64,000 nt of DNA from Octopus vulgaris (GCA_951406725.2 OX597822.1:20584001-20648000), one strand, 5' to 3'; positions 36,226 through 50,258 are shown, numbered from the stretch's first letter. The notes: generated by a model not told the origin, from the letters alone. Made by a program: numbers and translations.

Positions 36226-36535
36226 CATATATACATATATACATAAATACATACATACAAACATACATATATATATACATAAATACATACATACATAAAT
36301 ACATACACACATACATACATACATGCAAATATACATACAAACAAACATATATACATACATACATAATACATGCATACATGCATCCATACATACATACATA
36401 CATACATACATACATACATACATACAAACAATAATACCCTGTTGTTGATGCTGAAATTCCAATGAAGGAGCCTTGGATCTGGGTTAGAAACCGGCTCTTT
36501 TTCTATTGGTAAGAAATCTTCAAATAAAACTGAAG
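35115..36535 (+). mobile_element. R4/Dong-like LINE 3' end split by a mariner insertion
   Basis: 35115-35264 (EKLG...LIRRLQIQSITGTVKICKTF) and 36154-36535 join colinearly with the reverse of 15425-15760. Confidence 0.75.
35267..36151 (+). mobile_element. Internally deleted mariner element with long TIRs and TA TSD
   Basis: GTCTGATCAATAAGTATCCGGACT(G/A)TTGCCATA.. at both ends; DERSGRPATS and RRFPVQRLSEDVQISYGSV transposase remnants. Confidence 0.9.
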
Positions 36536-36879
36536 AATGACATGCATGCATTTATATATGTGTGTGTATGTGTGTGTGTGTGTGTATGTGTGCGTGCGTG
36601 TGTGTGTGTGTGTGTGTGTTGTGTGCGCGCGCGACCACGTGTGTGTGTGCACGCACACAAATATGTGTATGTATATGTCTGTGAGTGTGTGTACATATTG
36701 TAGACGGGTGTGAAGGTAGCGCGCGAATAATTCTCGTTTCGCCAGACACCGCCGATAGAATAAGTGCCAAACTTTAAAAAGTAAAAATGTACTCGGATAG
36801 CTTTGCCCGACCAAACTCAAGGCAGTAAACCACCATGACTACAATCCACTGACTGAAACAAATAAAAATATATAAAATA

Positions 36880-36901
36880 CATACGTATGTATGTACGTAT
36901 G

Positions 36902-36937
<36 letters not shown>

Positions 36938-38350
36938 CGTATGTATGTATATATATATATGTATGTATGTATGTACGTATGTATGCATGTATGTATGCAT
37001 GTATGTATGTATGTATGTATGTATGTATGTATGTATGCATGCATGCATGTATGTATGTATGTATGTATGTATGCATGAATGCATGTATGTATGTATGTAT
37101 GCATGTATGTATGTATGTATGTATGTATGCATGTATGTATGTATGCATGTATGTATGTATGCATGTGTGTATACATGTATGTATGTATGTATGTATGCAT
37201 GTATATATGTATGCATGTATATATGTATGTATGCATGTATGTATGTATGCATGAATGTATGCATGTATATATGTATGTATGTATGCATGTATGCATGTAT
37301 GCATGTATGTATGTATGTATGTATGCATGCATGCATGTATGTATGTATGTATGTATGTATGTATGTATGCATGTATGTATGCATGTATGCATGTATGTAT
37401 GTATGTATGTATGTATGCATGTATGTATGCATGCATGTATATATGTATGAATGTATGTATGTATGCATGTATGTATGCATGTATGTATGCATGTATGTAT
37501 GTATGTATGCATGTATGTATGTATGTATGTATGTATGTATGTATGTATGTATGTATGTATGTATGTATGTATGTATGTATGCATGCATGCATGCATGCAT
37601 GTATGTATGTATGTATGTATGTATGTATGTATGTATGTATGTGTGTATGCATGTATGCATGCATGCATGCATGCATGTATGCATGCATGCATGTATGTAT
37701 GTATGTATGTATGTATATACGTATGTATGTATGCATGTATGTATGTATGTATGTATGTATGCATGTATATATGTATGCATGTATGCATGTATATATGTAT
37801 GCATGTATGTATGTATGTATGCATGTATGTATGCATGTATGCATGTATGTATGCATGTATGTATGTACGTATGCATGTATGTATGTATGTATGTATGTAT
37901 GTATGTATGCATGTATGTATTATGTATGTATGCATGTATGTATGTATATACGTATGTATGTATGCATGTATGTATGCATGTATGTATGTATGTATGTATG
38001 CATGTATATATGTATGCATGTATGTATGCATGTATGTATGTATGCATGTATATATGTATGTATGCATGTATGTATGTATGCATGAATGTATGCATGTATA
38101 TATGTATGTATGTATGTATGTATGCATGTATGCATGTATGTATGTATATACGTATGTATGTATGCATGTATGTATGCATGTATGCATGTATGTATGTATG
38201 TATGCATGTATGTATGTATGCATATACGTATATATGTATGCATGTATGTATGCATGTATGTATGTATGCATGTATGTATGTATGTATGTATGCATGCATA
38301 TATGTATGTATGTTTGTATGTATGCATGCATGCGTGCATGAATGTGTGTA
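36880..38350. repeat. ~1.5-kb compound (TATG)n/(CATG) tetranucleotide satellite
   Basis: Direct inspection; generates the 360-547-aa pseudo-ORFs. Confidence 0.95.
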
Positions 38351-38384
38351 TGAATGAACCTATGTGTATTTGTGTGAATGTATA

Positions 38385-38521
38385 AACGCAGGCGTGGCTC
38401 TGTGGTAAGAAGTTTGCTTCCAGAGCACATGATTCCGAGTTCAGTCCCACTGCGTGACACCTTTTACTATATCCGCGGGATACAGTAAGAGGGCTTCGTG
38501 GACGGAAACTAAAAGAAGCCC

Positions 38522-38562
<41 letters not shown>

Positions 38563-38795
38563 GTATGTGTGTGTGTGACTTTGTGTATATGTTTGTCACC
38601 CCCACCACCGCTTGACAATCAGTGTTGCTGAGTTTACGTCCCCGTATCCTTGCGGTTCGGCAAAAGAGACCCATGAAATAAGTACCAGCCTGTACAAAAA
38701 AAAAGTAGTTGGGGCGATCCATACGACTCAAATTTTTCAACCCAGTGCCCCAGCATGACCGCAGTCTAATGATTTAAACAAGAAAACGAAAATAC
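38385..38795 (+). mobile_element. SINE family A
   Basis: ACGCAGGCGTGGCTCTGTGGTAAG...GTTCAGTCCCACTGCG...GCGGTTCGGCAAAAGAGAC. Confidence 0.8.
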
Positions 38796-38890
38796 ATGTG
38801 TGTGTGTATGATTGTGTTTGAATGTACGTGGCTATATTTGTATGAATGTATGTATGTATGTATGTATGTATGTATGTACGAATGTATGTC

Positions 38891-38922
<32 letters not shown>

Positions 38923-38930
38923 TGTATGTC

Positions 38931-38962
<32 letters not shown>

Positions 38963-39020
38963 TGTATGTATGTATGTCTATATGTATGTATGTCTATATG
39001 TATGTATGTATGTATGTATG

Positions 39021-39145
39021 CAGGGCCGGTCAGAAGGGAATACAATTCCAGGAGAAAAGGGCGTAATAACATTATTTAGAAGCGCGCACTTCGTTTCTTG
39101 AGGGGGCATGCACACCTCACGACCCCCCTCTTAGGTCCACCCCTG
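39021..39145. mobile_element. Small hAT-like MITE inserted in (TATG)n
   Basis: Ends CAGGGCCGG / TCCACCCCTG; GC-rich 125-bp island within the microsatellite. Confidence 0.55.
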
Positions 39146-39600
39146 GTATGTATGTATGTATGTATGCATGAATGTATGTATGTATGTATGTATGTATGTA
39201 TGTATATATGCATGTATGTACGCATGCATGCATGTATGTATATGTATGTATGTGAGCACTGTCAACATATTTGTGTAACTAAACAGAACTTTCCTTAGAG
39301 CCGATCTCGGTTTATTGCAACAACTGTTGATCATTTCTGCTGCAGTTGTTGCTGTAGGTATTGCAGCTATTACAGATTCCCCGTTCCTCTTATCGTCGTC
39401 AGTCATCTTCGTTGTTGTCGTCGTATTCATCATTTATTATCGGCGTGGTCGCTATTGTTGGCTAATCGTTCACACTGGCTACCTCCTTCAGATTTCCCTT
39501 TATCCGTATCCTCTTTCAGACGGAAGAAAAGCGAGTCACCGGCAAGCATTGTAGTCGTAGTAGTAGTAGTAGTTACTATTATTATTATTACTGTCGTTGT

Positions 39601-39671
<71 letters not shown>

Positions 39672-40029
39672 TCTGTTTGTATTGATTCCTTATATCTAGG
39701 CACACGACCAATTTATTTCCTGTCGAGGAAGTTAACAGTCGGTTGAATCAACCCTGCGGTATTTTTCTTATTTTTTCATAGGTAAAGATGATGGCAGAGT
39801 TGAGAAGGCTAACTTAAAACTTGAACCCCAAAATGAAAGGTTGAACCTAATTGCAGTTTCAAAAACATTTTAATCTGCTGTTACTGCTGTTGGTCATCTT
39901 TCTCGTTTGTCAAGATCGTGTGTTATTTTTATTTTATCACAACAAATGCAGTCGTTTCTACACGCTTTCTTTCTCAAGTTTTTGTAGCTCGTATCTTTTC
40001 TTCCTCCATCGCTCTTTCTCCTACGTCAC

Positions 40030-40084
<55 letters not shown>

Positions 40085-40149
40085 CTCACACATACACACA
40101 CACATCATTCTGTCATTCTCCACTTATAATCCTCACAAGCTCCTCCCTT

Positions 40150-42420
40150 TTTAATTGTCTCTCCCTTCTTTTCTCTTTCTTTTGTTACTTACTCTCCCAC
40201 ACTTTCTCTTCCTCACTCCTTCTCAGTCATAACCCTTTTTTTCAAATTTCTCTCTCTCATTTTCTACTTTTTCCTTTTTCGTTTCGCTTTCCCTTTTCTT
40301 TATATATCCCCCTTACAATCTCTCCTCTCTTTCTTCCTTCCTTTTCTTTCCATCCTTTATTTCGCTTTTTGTTTTTCTCTCCATCCTTCCTTATCTTCTT
40401 TCCCTCATTTCTTTCTCCCCCTCTCTCTGTCTTTCTCTCCCTTCTCTCCTTTTCTTCCCCACTCCTTTATGTGATTCCTTTCCTTTCTCCCCCTCCTATC
40501 TCGCTGCTTCTTTTTAATCAACTTTCTTTCTCCCTCCCGCTTTTCCTCTTACTGTTCTCTCAGTTCTTTCTATTTATTCCATTTCCCCCACCTTCACTTC
40601 CTCTTCCTTTCTCTCCTCTGGCTCTCCCTTCATTTCTGCTTTTTCTCTTCCTCTTCTCCACTTCTTTCTTCTCATCCAACTATATACCATCTCATTCAAC
40701 ATTTTTCTTCCCCTGTCTCTTACACATCTTTCCTCCATCCGTATTACCCCCACCAACCAACCGCACTTATATTCAGTTAACCACCACCATTAACCAATCA
40801 GGACAGACGTATAGTTCCATAACTAAATCATCTCCTTGCTCCGACTTTTAAAACAACTAAAACTACTTTTCGTAGGATCGTCATCACACTTCAACCACTA
40901 ATCTCACTCTCTTATGACTACAGTTCTTCTTAGAATCACCATCACTGTCACCATGGATACCTTTACTTCAATTTCAACCGAAGGATAGCACAACCATCAC
41001 CACCGTCAACATCATCATCGCGATCATCCTCACATCATCACCACCACCACCACTACCCAACCTACCAATACTATCTCTATCCCGTTAGTAATACTATAAC
41101 TATACCATTAACCAGACCACACATCTTTAGCGGCTACCCTCTCGAGCCAACGAGGAAGCGTCTATGCGATCGCTCGACCTTCCAGAAATAGTAGTTAAAT
41201 CTTCCCCAAATCACATTCTTCCTTCTTAGAAACAGGGTTTCACTAGATAATGTAGTAGTATTCAATAGCGTGTCTAAAATATAAAGATGGGATGGTCACG
41301 GCTGGAATGTTTTCGATAATAGGTCCACTCAACCAGAGATAAACTGGGGTTAAACAACAACAGTTAGCGTTTTAATTAACACCACTGCTACAACCATCGT
41401 AACTTCACAATTTCATTCAAATATTTAGCTTACAATTCACAATTTCTTCAAATATTTAGCTTATCGTCTGCAAACGACACTATACATAATAGAGTCTATA
41501 ACAACAGTAATAACATCAACAACAACAACTACAAACATAACTGCAATAAACAGCAATATATCAACTACTACAGTAACAAAACAACAACGACAACAGCAAA
41601 ACAACTACACCGACGCAACAACACCAACACGAACAACACTAATGCAACAACTATAACAACACGAGAACTGCAATAACAACAAGTGCAGCTGCATAATAAT
41701 AACTTACAGCAGCATAACAACAGCTTCAGCAACAACTACAGCAAACATAATAACAACTATATTCAACATACATCCGTATAACTTCTCTCACATACCACCA
41801 CAACCATCACAACAAAAAGCTCTTATCATCACTACTGTTAACTCTGTCACTATCAAAATAACATCCCCGTCAACACCATTATTACAATAACCTCAACACA
41901 AACACTGTCACAGCCACCACACCATTACAACAAAAGCAACAACAAAAACCCTCATCACCACCACCGTCACTGCAATAACCCATGTAACTATTAACACCAC
42001 TTCTACCACAAAGAAGTTCCCCCACCACTACTATAACAAACACTACACCAGCGCCATCAACACTAATATCACTGCAACAACTCCTTCATCACTATCAGCA
42101 CCACTTACCCCCACCATGAGTAGTTCCTCACCGCCACCACTATTATAGCAAGCGCTACACCACCGTCACCACCACTACTACCAATATCACTGCAACAACA
42201 CCCCCACCTTATCACTACTACTTCCACCTCCACCACTTTAAGTTGCTCACCACCACCACCACCAACTGTCACCACCACGAGTATACCTCTCCTATCACTG
42301 TCACTATAATTACATCTCCTCTCCATAACACTCCTACCACCGCTGCCATTACCTATCATCATCATCATCATCATCGTCGTCGTCGTCATCATAATCATCA
42401 TCATTACTATTACCATCAGC
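40150..42420 (+). repeat. Strand-asymmetric low-complexity DNA (polypyrimidine tract, then CAA/CAC/CAT-rich)
   Basis: 40150-40760 is almost pure C/T; 41500-42420 is ACA/ACC/CAT-rich and G-poor. Confidence 0.9.
41150..41362. mobile_element. Interspersed repeat family D (SINE-like; other copies ~44270-44540, ~51770-51935, ~54800-54990)
   Basis: Shared ..GAAATAG(T/C)AG..AAATC...GGGATGGTCACGGCTGGAATG...CTGGGGTTAAACAACAAC. Confidence 0.6.
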
Positions 42421-42469
42421 GAAATAGTGACAACGGTCGTTTATATTACTGTGACTAAAATTGTTCACC

Positions 42470-42509
42470 ATGTCGGATAACGAAGTGGAAGAAGCGTCTT
42501 TCCTGCCAG
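42470..42509 (+). CDS. Candidate first coding exon of an unidentified host gene (MSDNEVEEASFLP, phase-1 intron)
   Basis: Kozak-like TTCACCATGT, 13 open non-repetitive codons, then the consensus donor CAG|GTAAGT at 42510. Confidence 0.6.
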
Positions 42510-43340
42510 GTAAGTATTTTTATTCTTCCAACAATTATTTCATTCTATTTTTCCACGATGACACATCAAAGGCTTCGTAAATATAAACAACAACGGCATT
42601 GTCACTATTGCCGGTCTGTCGTTGTTTCTCGCTCTCTTTTATGTATTTGTTTGTTTTCATTCCGTCGATGAGTTTTTGTATTTAAAAAATAAAATAAAAT
42701 CATTAAAGAGAAATTAAAGAAACGAATATATTCCTCTTTCATTCTTTCTCGTTTTCTTTACAATCTTTCTCTACTTCTTCCCAGTATTTCTCCTCCTTTA
42801 AACCTATCTCTAACTCATCTCTCTATTATAAATCCTTCTTTCTTTCAAAATATCTCTCATTCACATTTGAATATTTCACCCTCATTCAAGTTTTTCTCTT
42901 ATTTCAAATACTCTTTCAAATATTCTTTCAAATGTTTCTATTTTTCATTCAAATCTCTCTCTACTTCTTTCATATCTTTCCTTCAAATCTTTCTTTTATA
43001 CAAAATCTTCATCAAAACTTTTACCTAACAATATTGCTGCCGTTCATTCTCTCTCCTATTCATTTATTTCGTTTATTTCTTTTATTCACTTCCTCTTATT
43101 CTTTCTTTTATTCTTCTTCATTCCTCGATCCTTTCTTTCTTTCTTTCTCTCCATATATCTCCATCACTTTCAATTTTTTTCTCCGCCATAAATATTATAT
43201 ATTTTGCACTCTTTCGAAACGTTTCGTTCACCGAGAAGTTGTCGTCTGCTACAACCATATCGAAACATGTGTATGCACACACACACACACACATAAATAC
43301 ACACACACACACACACACACAAATACACACACACACACAA

Positions 43341-43386
<46 letters not shown>

Positions 43387-43466
43387 ACAAACATACATAT
43401 ACACACACCACATATACATACACATATGTTTATACATAAACACGATATATATATATATATATGTAT

Positions 43467-43574
43467 TGGCCTGCTCGCTTAGCCAGCGGGGTGGCGTCAT
43501 TTGAAGGCTAAAACAATGCGAAGCGCATTGTGACCAGCGATGTGTAGCAACATCTTATAGCCTGGTCGGTCACG

Positions 43575-43579
<5 letters not shown>
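43467..43579 (+). mobile_element. SINE-like repeat 3' fragment (partial reverse copy at 49876-49918)
   Basis: GCCAGCGGGGTGGCGTCATTTGA shared with 49887-49909 (reverse); internal hairpin ACAATGCG-aag-CGCATTGT. Confidence 0.55.
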
Positions 43580-43647
<68 letters not shown>

Positions 43648-43772
43648 GTTAGGGTTCTGTTAGATCAGTGAAATATATATATATATATATAAAATAAATA
43701 TAAGAGAGTGGTCACTATATTGCTCACTCTAGCACCAGTTAATCCAAAAGGTTTCAACCATGTACATATGTA

Positions 43773-43824
<52 letters not shown>

Positions 43825-43837
43825 CACATATATATAT

Positions 43838-43911
<74 letters not shown>

Positions 43912-43917
43912 TACATA

Positions 43918-43976
<59 letters not shown>

Positions 43977-45059
43977 GTATGTATATATTTCACTGATCTA
44001 ACAGAACCCTAACAGATATATATATATGTATATGTATATATACATGCTTATATGCACGTTCATACATACAGAAACCTACAAACATATACATATGGACGTA
44101 TACACTCACATACACCCTGGAACATAAACATTCAAACATGGATACAGGCGACTTCTATAAACAAACCTGACGTATCAGACGCAACTTTACAAACTCTCCA
44201 CCGCACAAATACACGTCGAAATAAATATTTTGATGACATTTATAGTATACACAATGGTATAGCCTCTATGTGACCATTCGACAAGCTAGATGTAGCGACC
44301 AAATCTCCCAGATAAACAATAAAGGAGCCAACATAGGAGCCTCAACATGGTCGCTCAGCTTGCTAGACACAACAACGAAATCTCTCTCTTTCAAACTATA
44401 CCACTCTACTGTAAAACAAAGAACGTATTGCATAAATGTAGGCCTAATTATACCATCTCAGAATAGACGACATAGCCACGACTGGAACGGCTTTGGTCAT
44501 AGTTTTGTGGAATAAACACTAACCGGGGGTTAAGCAATAACAAATCAGTTAACGTTTGCTTTTTCGCTCTTTCTTTAACTCTCCTTTTCTCCTCTCCATC
44601 TCCCTCTCTCCTCTCCTCTCACTCTTCTCTTTCTTCTCTACCACCTTTTCTCTCCTTCTCTCTCCTATCTTTCTCTTCTCTCTCTATTTCCTATATTGTG
44701 TTTTCTCTTTCTTATCTTTCTCTACTTACTCTCTACTTACTCTCCCTTCTCTCTTACAGTTCTCCTTAGAAACAGTCCTTTCTTTCAATCAGCCAGAAGT
44801 TGTCGTCTGCTGCTTCCATATCTAAACATGTGGTCTCTCATATATACATACGTTTATACAAACAATTCTATGTATATAAACGCATTAAACATCCATCCAT
44901 CCATCCATCCATCCATCCATCCATCCATCCATCCATCCATCCATCCATCCATCCATCCATCCATACATACATACATACATACATACATACACACATACAT
45001 ACATACATACATACTTACATGCATACATGCATACATACATACATACATACATACATACA

Positions 45060-45095
<36 letters not shown>

Positions 45096-46835
45096 TATAT
45101 ATTTTTTTTTTTGTACATGTATGTTTGTATGTACATATGTGTGCATATGCTTAAACACAAACAGATTACACAAGCATATCCATATGAGCATTAAGAATGA
45201 GGATGTATATGTACTAATATGTGTTTCTACAGACTGAACTATACATGGTTTCAATATTAGTAGTAAAAAATGTTTAACTCGTTGGTATTACCGGGGAATA
45301 TACAAACATGAATGATTATTGTCTGTCTGTCCGCCTGTCTCTCTGTCTATCTGTCTGTCTGTCTGTCTGTCTGTCTGTATGTATGTATGTATGTATGTAT
45401 GTATGTATGTGTGTGTGTATATGCTCTCACACGTTAATAAACTACTAAGCTACATATAAAGTGAGTATAAATGTCTAAATTTATGTGTGTGTGTGTGTGT
45501 GTATATATATGTGTGTGGATATCTAAGTACACACATACACACACACACATATATATATATAAATATGTGTGTGTGTGTAGGGTTGTGTTTACAGCATTTG
45601 CACAAAATTCGATCCCAGGTAGATTCACAGCTTATATACACATACAAACTCTGTTTGCACACACACAGACACACACACATGTACACACGCACACACATAT
45701 ACACATACACGCCCTGCAATACTGGTCCAGGCCAGTTGAGATATGTAATTCCTGCAGAAACCGTTTCAAATTGCTCGTTAAGTATTTTACTGATCTTTGT
45801 TAAATACAATTTAAGCATGAGTTACAGGTATATGTATGTGTATGCGAGTCGCACGTGCAGCTGTGCCCCATCATGGCCGCAGCTGTCGGGCTGAAACTAG
45901 TAAAAATAATAGAAAAAAATGACAGTAACAGAACTGAGTATAAAAAAACTTGAAAATAATTTATAACAAACACTTCTTTTTGCTTTAAATGATTTAGGGA
46001 GAAGCCACATGAAGGCCTTAGAACCATGCGAACTGGCAAACTGATCCAAGTACTTTCACTATCGTTCTCGCCTTCAGGCGCAAACACACACACACACACA
46101 TACACACGTGTGTGTGTGTGTGTGTGCATATGTTTACAAGGACACAGTCATGTTTGTAGATACACAAGCATGTTTACACACACACACACACAAACACACA
46201 CATACACGCATTCATGTTTATAAATACATAAGCATGTTTACATACACACACACAAACACACACATACACGCATTCATGTTTATAAATACACAAGCATGTT
46301 TACTCACACACACACCCAACACACGCGCCCAACACACACACGCATGGTTATAGATACACAAACATGTTTACACGCACACAATCATGTTTATAAATACACA
46401 ATCATGTTTACATGCACATGCACGCACGTACACACACACACACACACACACACAAGCTTGTTTATATACAAACGCACTGACGCATGTTAGCAAGAATTTT
46501 GCGCACACATGCAGACACACACTAGAATGTTTGCATATATACACAGATATAAATCTCACATATATACATACACATATACACGAGCAAATGTATGACCCAT
46601 GATTGCGCGCACACGTTTGCATAGGCACACATGGATGTTCGAGCACTCACATACCCATTATACGAGTGTTGTATCTTATCATTCATGCACAGAAAGGCAT
46701 AGTCGCGCATGCATACATGTTCTTAACGCGCGCGCGTGCGTACACACATAACTTACACACACGCACATTGATGCATAACCACAGTTATATATGAATGAAT
46801 GCATGCGTATCTCTATGTTCATATATGTCCAAACT

Positions 46836-47140
46836 GGCACTCTCTCGGTTACGACGACGAAATGTTCCAGTTGATATAATCAACAGGAGAACCCTCTCGT
46901 GAAATTAACGTGCATGTGACTGAGCAATCCATAGACACGCGTACCCTTAATGTAGTTCCCAGGGAGGTTCAACGAGGCACATATTGTGACAAGGCTGGCC
47001 GTTTTTACATTTGGCTACAACTCATTTTTGCCAGCTGAATGGACCGGAACCACATGAAGTAAAGCGTCTTAGTCGAGGACACAACGCGCCGTCGGGTATC
47101 GAACTAGCGACCTCATGATCCCTAACCCTAAGCCACGCGT
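46836..47140 (-). mobile_element. tRNA-derived SINE (family C-related)
   Basis: ACTCATTTTTGCCAGCTGAATGGACCGGA...ACACAACGCGCC...ATCGAAC...CCCTAACCCTAAGCCACGCG. Confidence 0.7.
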
Positions 47141-47780
47141 CTCACACACCACACACACAGCACGACATTGTATATATGTAACACATTCATGCTTACTCAT
47201 ATATATAACCATAACAAATATATGTTATAGTACGTGCGTGTGTATATATGTATATGTGTATATATATGTATATGCGTGTATAATGGTACTTACATATATA
47301 CGCGTGGTTCTTACACACTCATAGATACAGGTCCATACAGGTTGTCTTCTTGTCCAACAGCCACGTGTGCCTTTCCAGACTGTTTACAGCTGTGGCTGTG
47401 AGTATCCACTGAAAACCTGTGTGTTTGTGCATACAAGCGTGCCTCTGTGTGTGTGGAAAGAGTGGGTGTATAAATTCATTTATCTACATCCCTGTGTGCA
47501 TGTAGTAGTGGTGGTGGGTGTATGTGTATATATATATTTATATGCATATATGTGTATCTACAAGTATATGTGTGTGTGTGTGTCTATGTATATACTGTCC
47601 AAACAAAGCTGTCCGATGGCAACCGCATATATACAAGACAGTATCCAACTCACATATACAGTATACACTTCAGTCCGTTATTTCGAATACATGATCATAT
47701 ACATAGTAACACACACACACACACACAAGCAGTGCAACACTGACAAGTATTGATGCGTGTGTGTGTGTGTGTTAATCTCG

Positions 47781-47817
<37 letters not shown>

Positions 47818-48103
47818 TCTATCTATCTCTCTCACACACACACACACACATACACACACTCTTTCTCTTCTCTCTCTCTCTCTCTCTTTCACTGAGTAAC
47901 GCAATTAGTTCCTTCCGTTACCGAGTTCGATTTAACTAAAACACATCACACATGACACACGCACGCATGCACGATCACAAATTCACATGTGTGCATGCAC
48001 GCTCTGCTGCATATATATATTGGCAATTATACCGATATGCATACATATATGTATATACGCATATATATGTATATGGTTGCGTACGTATGTATACATGTAT
48101 ACG

Positions 48104-48134
<31 letters not shown>

Positions 48135-48374
48135 GGATGTATACGTATGCACGCATGCATATGTATATATATGTACGTATATATGCATATATATAGGTAT
48201 GTATATATAAGTGCATTATGCGTATATATATGTATGTGTATATATGTATATACGTGTGTGTATGTGAACACATTTATTTTCGTGTGTTTATATATAAACA
48301 CACATATATGAACATCCATACTCGTATATGCCTCTATATACGTAAAACATATGTATAGTATGTAAAGGTCATTT

Positions 48375-48755
48375 ATCTTTTCTTTGTTTCAGTCACTGGG
48401 TTGCGGTCATGCTGGACCAACGTCTTGAAGTGTTTTAAGCGGACAAATCGACATCAGTACTTATTTTTTTAAGTCTGACATATTGTATCGATCGTTTGCC
48501 GAACTGCAAGGTTACTGGGACGTGTGTGTGGATAAATATTTATATATGAATATGTGTGTATGTGTGTGTGTGGATAAATGTATATATATGAATATATGTG
48601 TGTGTGTGTGTGTGTGTATAATCGACGGACTTCCACATTGCTTCCGTTTGCCAAATTTACTCTCCTTGTGTAAATAGCTGACCTGCTTAAAGTGCCGCGC
48701 AGCGGGACTAAACCTGGCACCATACCGGCAAAGCGAGCTTCTTGATCATGCAGGT
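48375..48755 (-). mobile_element. SINE family A, degenerate
   Basis: TTGTTTCAGTCA...GCGGTCATGCTGG...TTTGCCGAACTGC...GGGACTAAACC. Confidence 0.65.
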
Positions 48756-48807
48756 CTCTCTCTCTCTCTCTCTCTCTGTATATATATATCATTTCTATAT
48801 TTATATA

Positions 48808-49540
48808 CTAGCTGACGTACCAGGTAATTCCCGGGAAAACGGAGCATATCCCCTGGTTTCGTTCTCATAATTGTTTCGCTAATCCAATAACAACAATACA
48901 AGGTATGTAGCCCTTAAAACGGATTTTGTGCATTTACAGAGAAAACCAAACTGTCTTTTTTTAAGGAATTTCCAACAAGTTATGAATACCCAAATTGTGA
49001 AGTCAGTTATGTAATAACATGAAATTAGTTACACGATAGTAAGAATTCAAATAAAGTAGTCCCAAAAAAGCTTTAATGCGTTCCCAGAGTATATAGAACA
49101 TAGGAGGAAATACTAATAAGGTATGTATACTAAAATCGTGACGCATGTTACATAATAACAGGCTAATCAGAAATGAGATAATAACAATTCAATGTAAATA
49201 ACTCTGAAAAGGACTTTTGTGCGTTCCCAGAGAATATTACACTCAGGGGTGTTTGTGTTTGTATATCCGTGAATAAGTCACTAACCGAAATAAGTGGATC
49301 TAATGTTTAGAAAAATACTATTTACTTTTTGAAGGGTTGTGCTGGATAAATTGCGAAAATATCTCTAACAGTTCAAATACTAAGAAATAAGCATACTCAA
49401 TTTGAATTATACCAAATAATTTAGGAAAATAGATGGGTTATTTCCCTTGGCTATATATAACGATCCCTTCCAGGTGCTCTATTATCGATTTTTTTTCAAC
49501 AATCTGAGTTTGCTACGAGGTTTCCAGACATGAGTTCTAC
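48808..49540 (-). mobile_element. Helitron-like 3' fragment
   Basis: Minus strand ends CCCGGGAATTACCTGGTACGTCAG-CTAG (hairpin plus CTAG), as at 10014. Confidence 0.45.
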
Positions 49541-49750
49541 TCACGTATCAGGTTTCATCAAAATCGATAAAACGAAGTAGGAGGAGTTAGCTAACAACTC
49601 CACTAACACACCCACAGACAGAATTTCCCACATGTGCAGTAGATTTGTATTATATATATATATATATATATATATAATACAAATATATACGTATGGAAAT
49701 AATCCCAATATATATATATATAATCCCAATATATACATATGGAAATAATC

Positions 49751-49787
<37 letters not shown>

Positions 49788-49815
49788 CAAATATATGCAT
49801 ATGGAAATAATACAA

Positions 49816-49846
<31 letters not shown>

Positions 49847-49914
49847 TTACATATATATATATATATATATATATATCGCTGGTATATCAAATGACGCCAC
49901 CCCGCTGGCTGCAG

Positions 49915-49958
<44 letters not shown>

Positions 49959-50101
49959 TGTATGTATGTGTGTGTGTATTTGTATTATTTCTATGTATGT
50001 GTATGTGTGTGTATATATAGGTATATACATGAATATTTGTATGTATGTATGTATGTATATATGTGTATGTAGATATATATGTGTGTGTGCATGTGTGTAT
50101 G

Positions 50102-50209
50102 TAGGCGCAGGCATCGCTGTGTGGTAAGAGCTTTGTTTCCCAACTCTGAGCAAATTCTACTATAGTTTCCGGCCGACCAAAGCCTTATGAGTGGATTTGG
50201 TAACGATCT

Positions 50210-50258
<49 letters not shown>

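Noticed and set aside
36774-38618. Long ORFs of 232-547 aa (HTYI/MYVC repeats)
   Set aside because: Translations of the TATG satellite; open in many frames on both strands only because the repeat lacks stop codons.
40369-40851. 160-aa F/S/L/P-rich ORF resembling a membrane protein
   Set aside because: Translation of a polypyrimidine tract.
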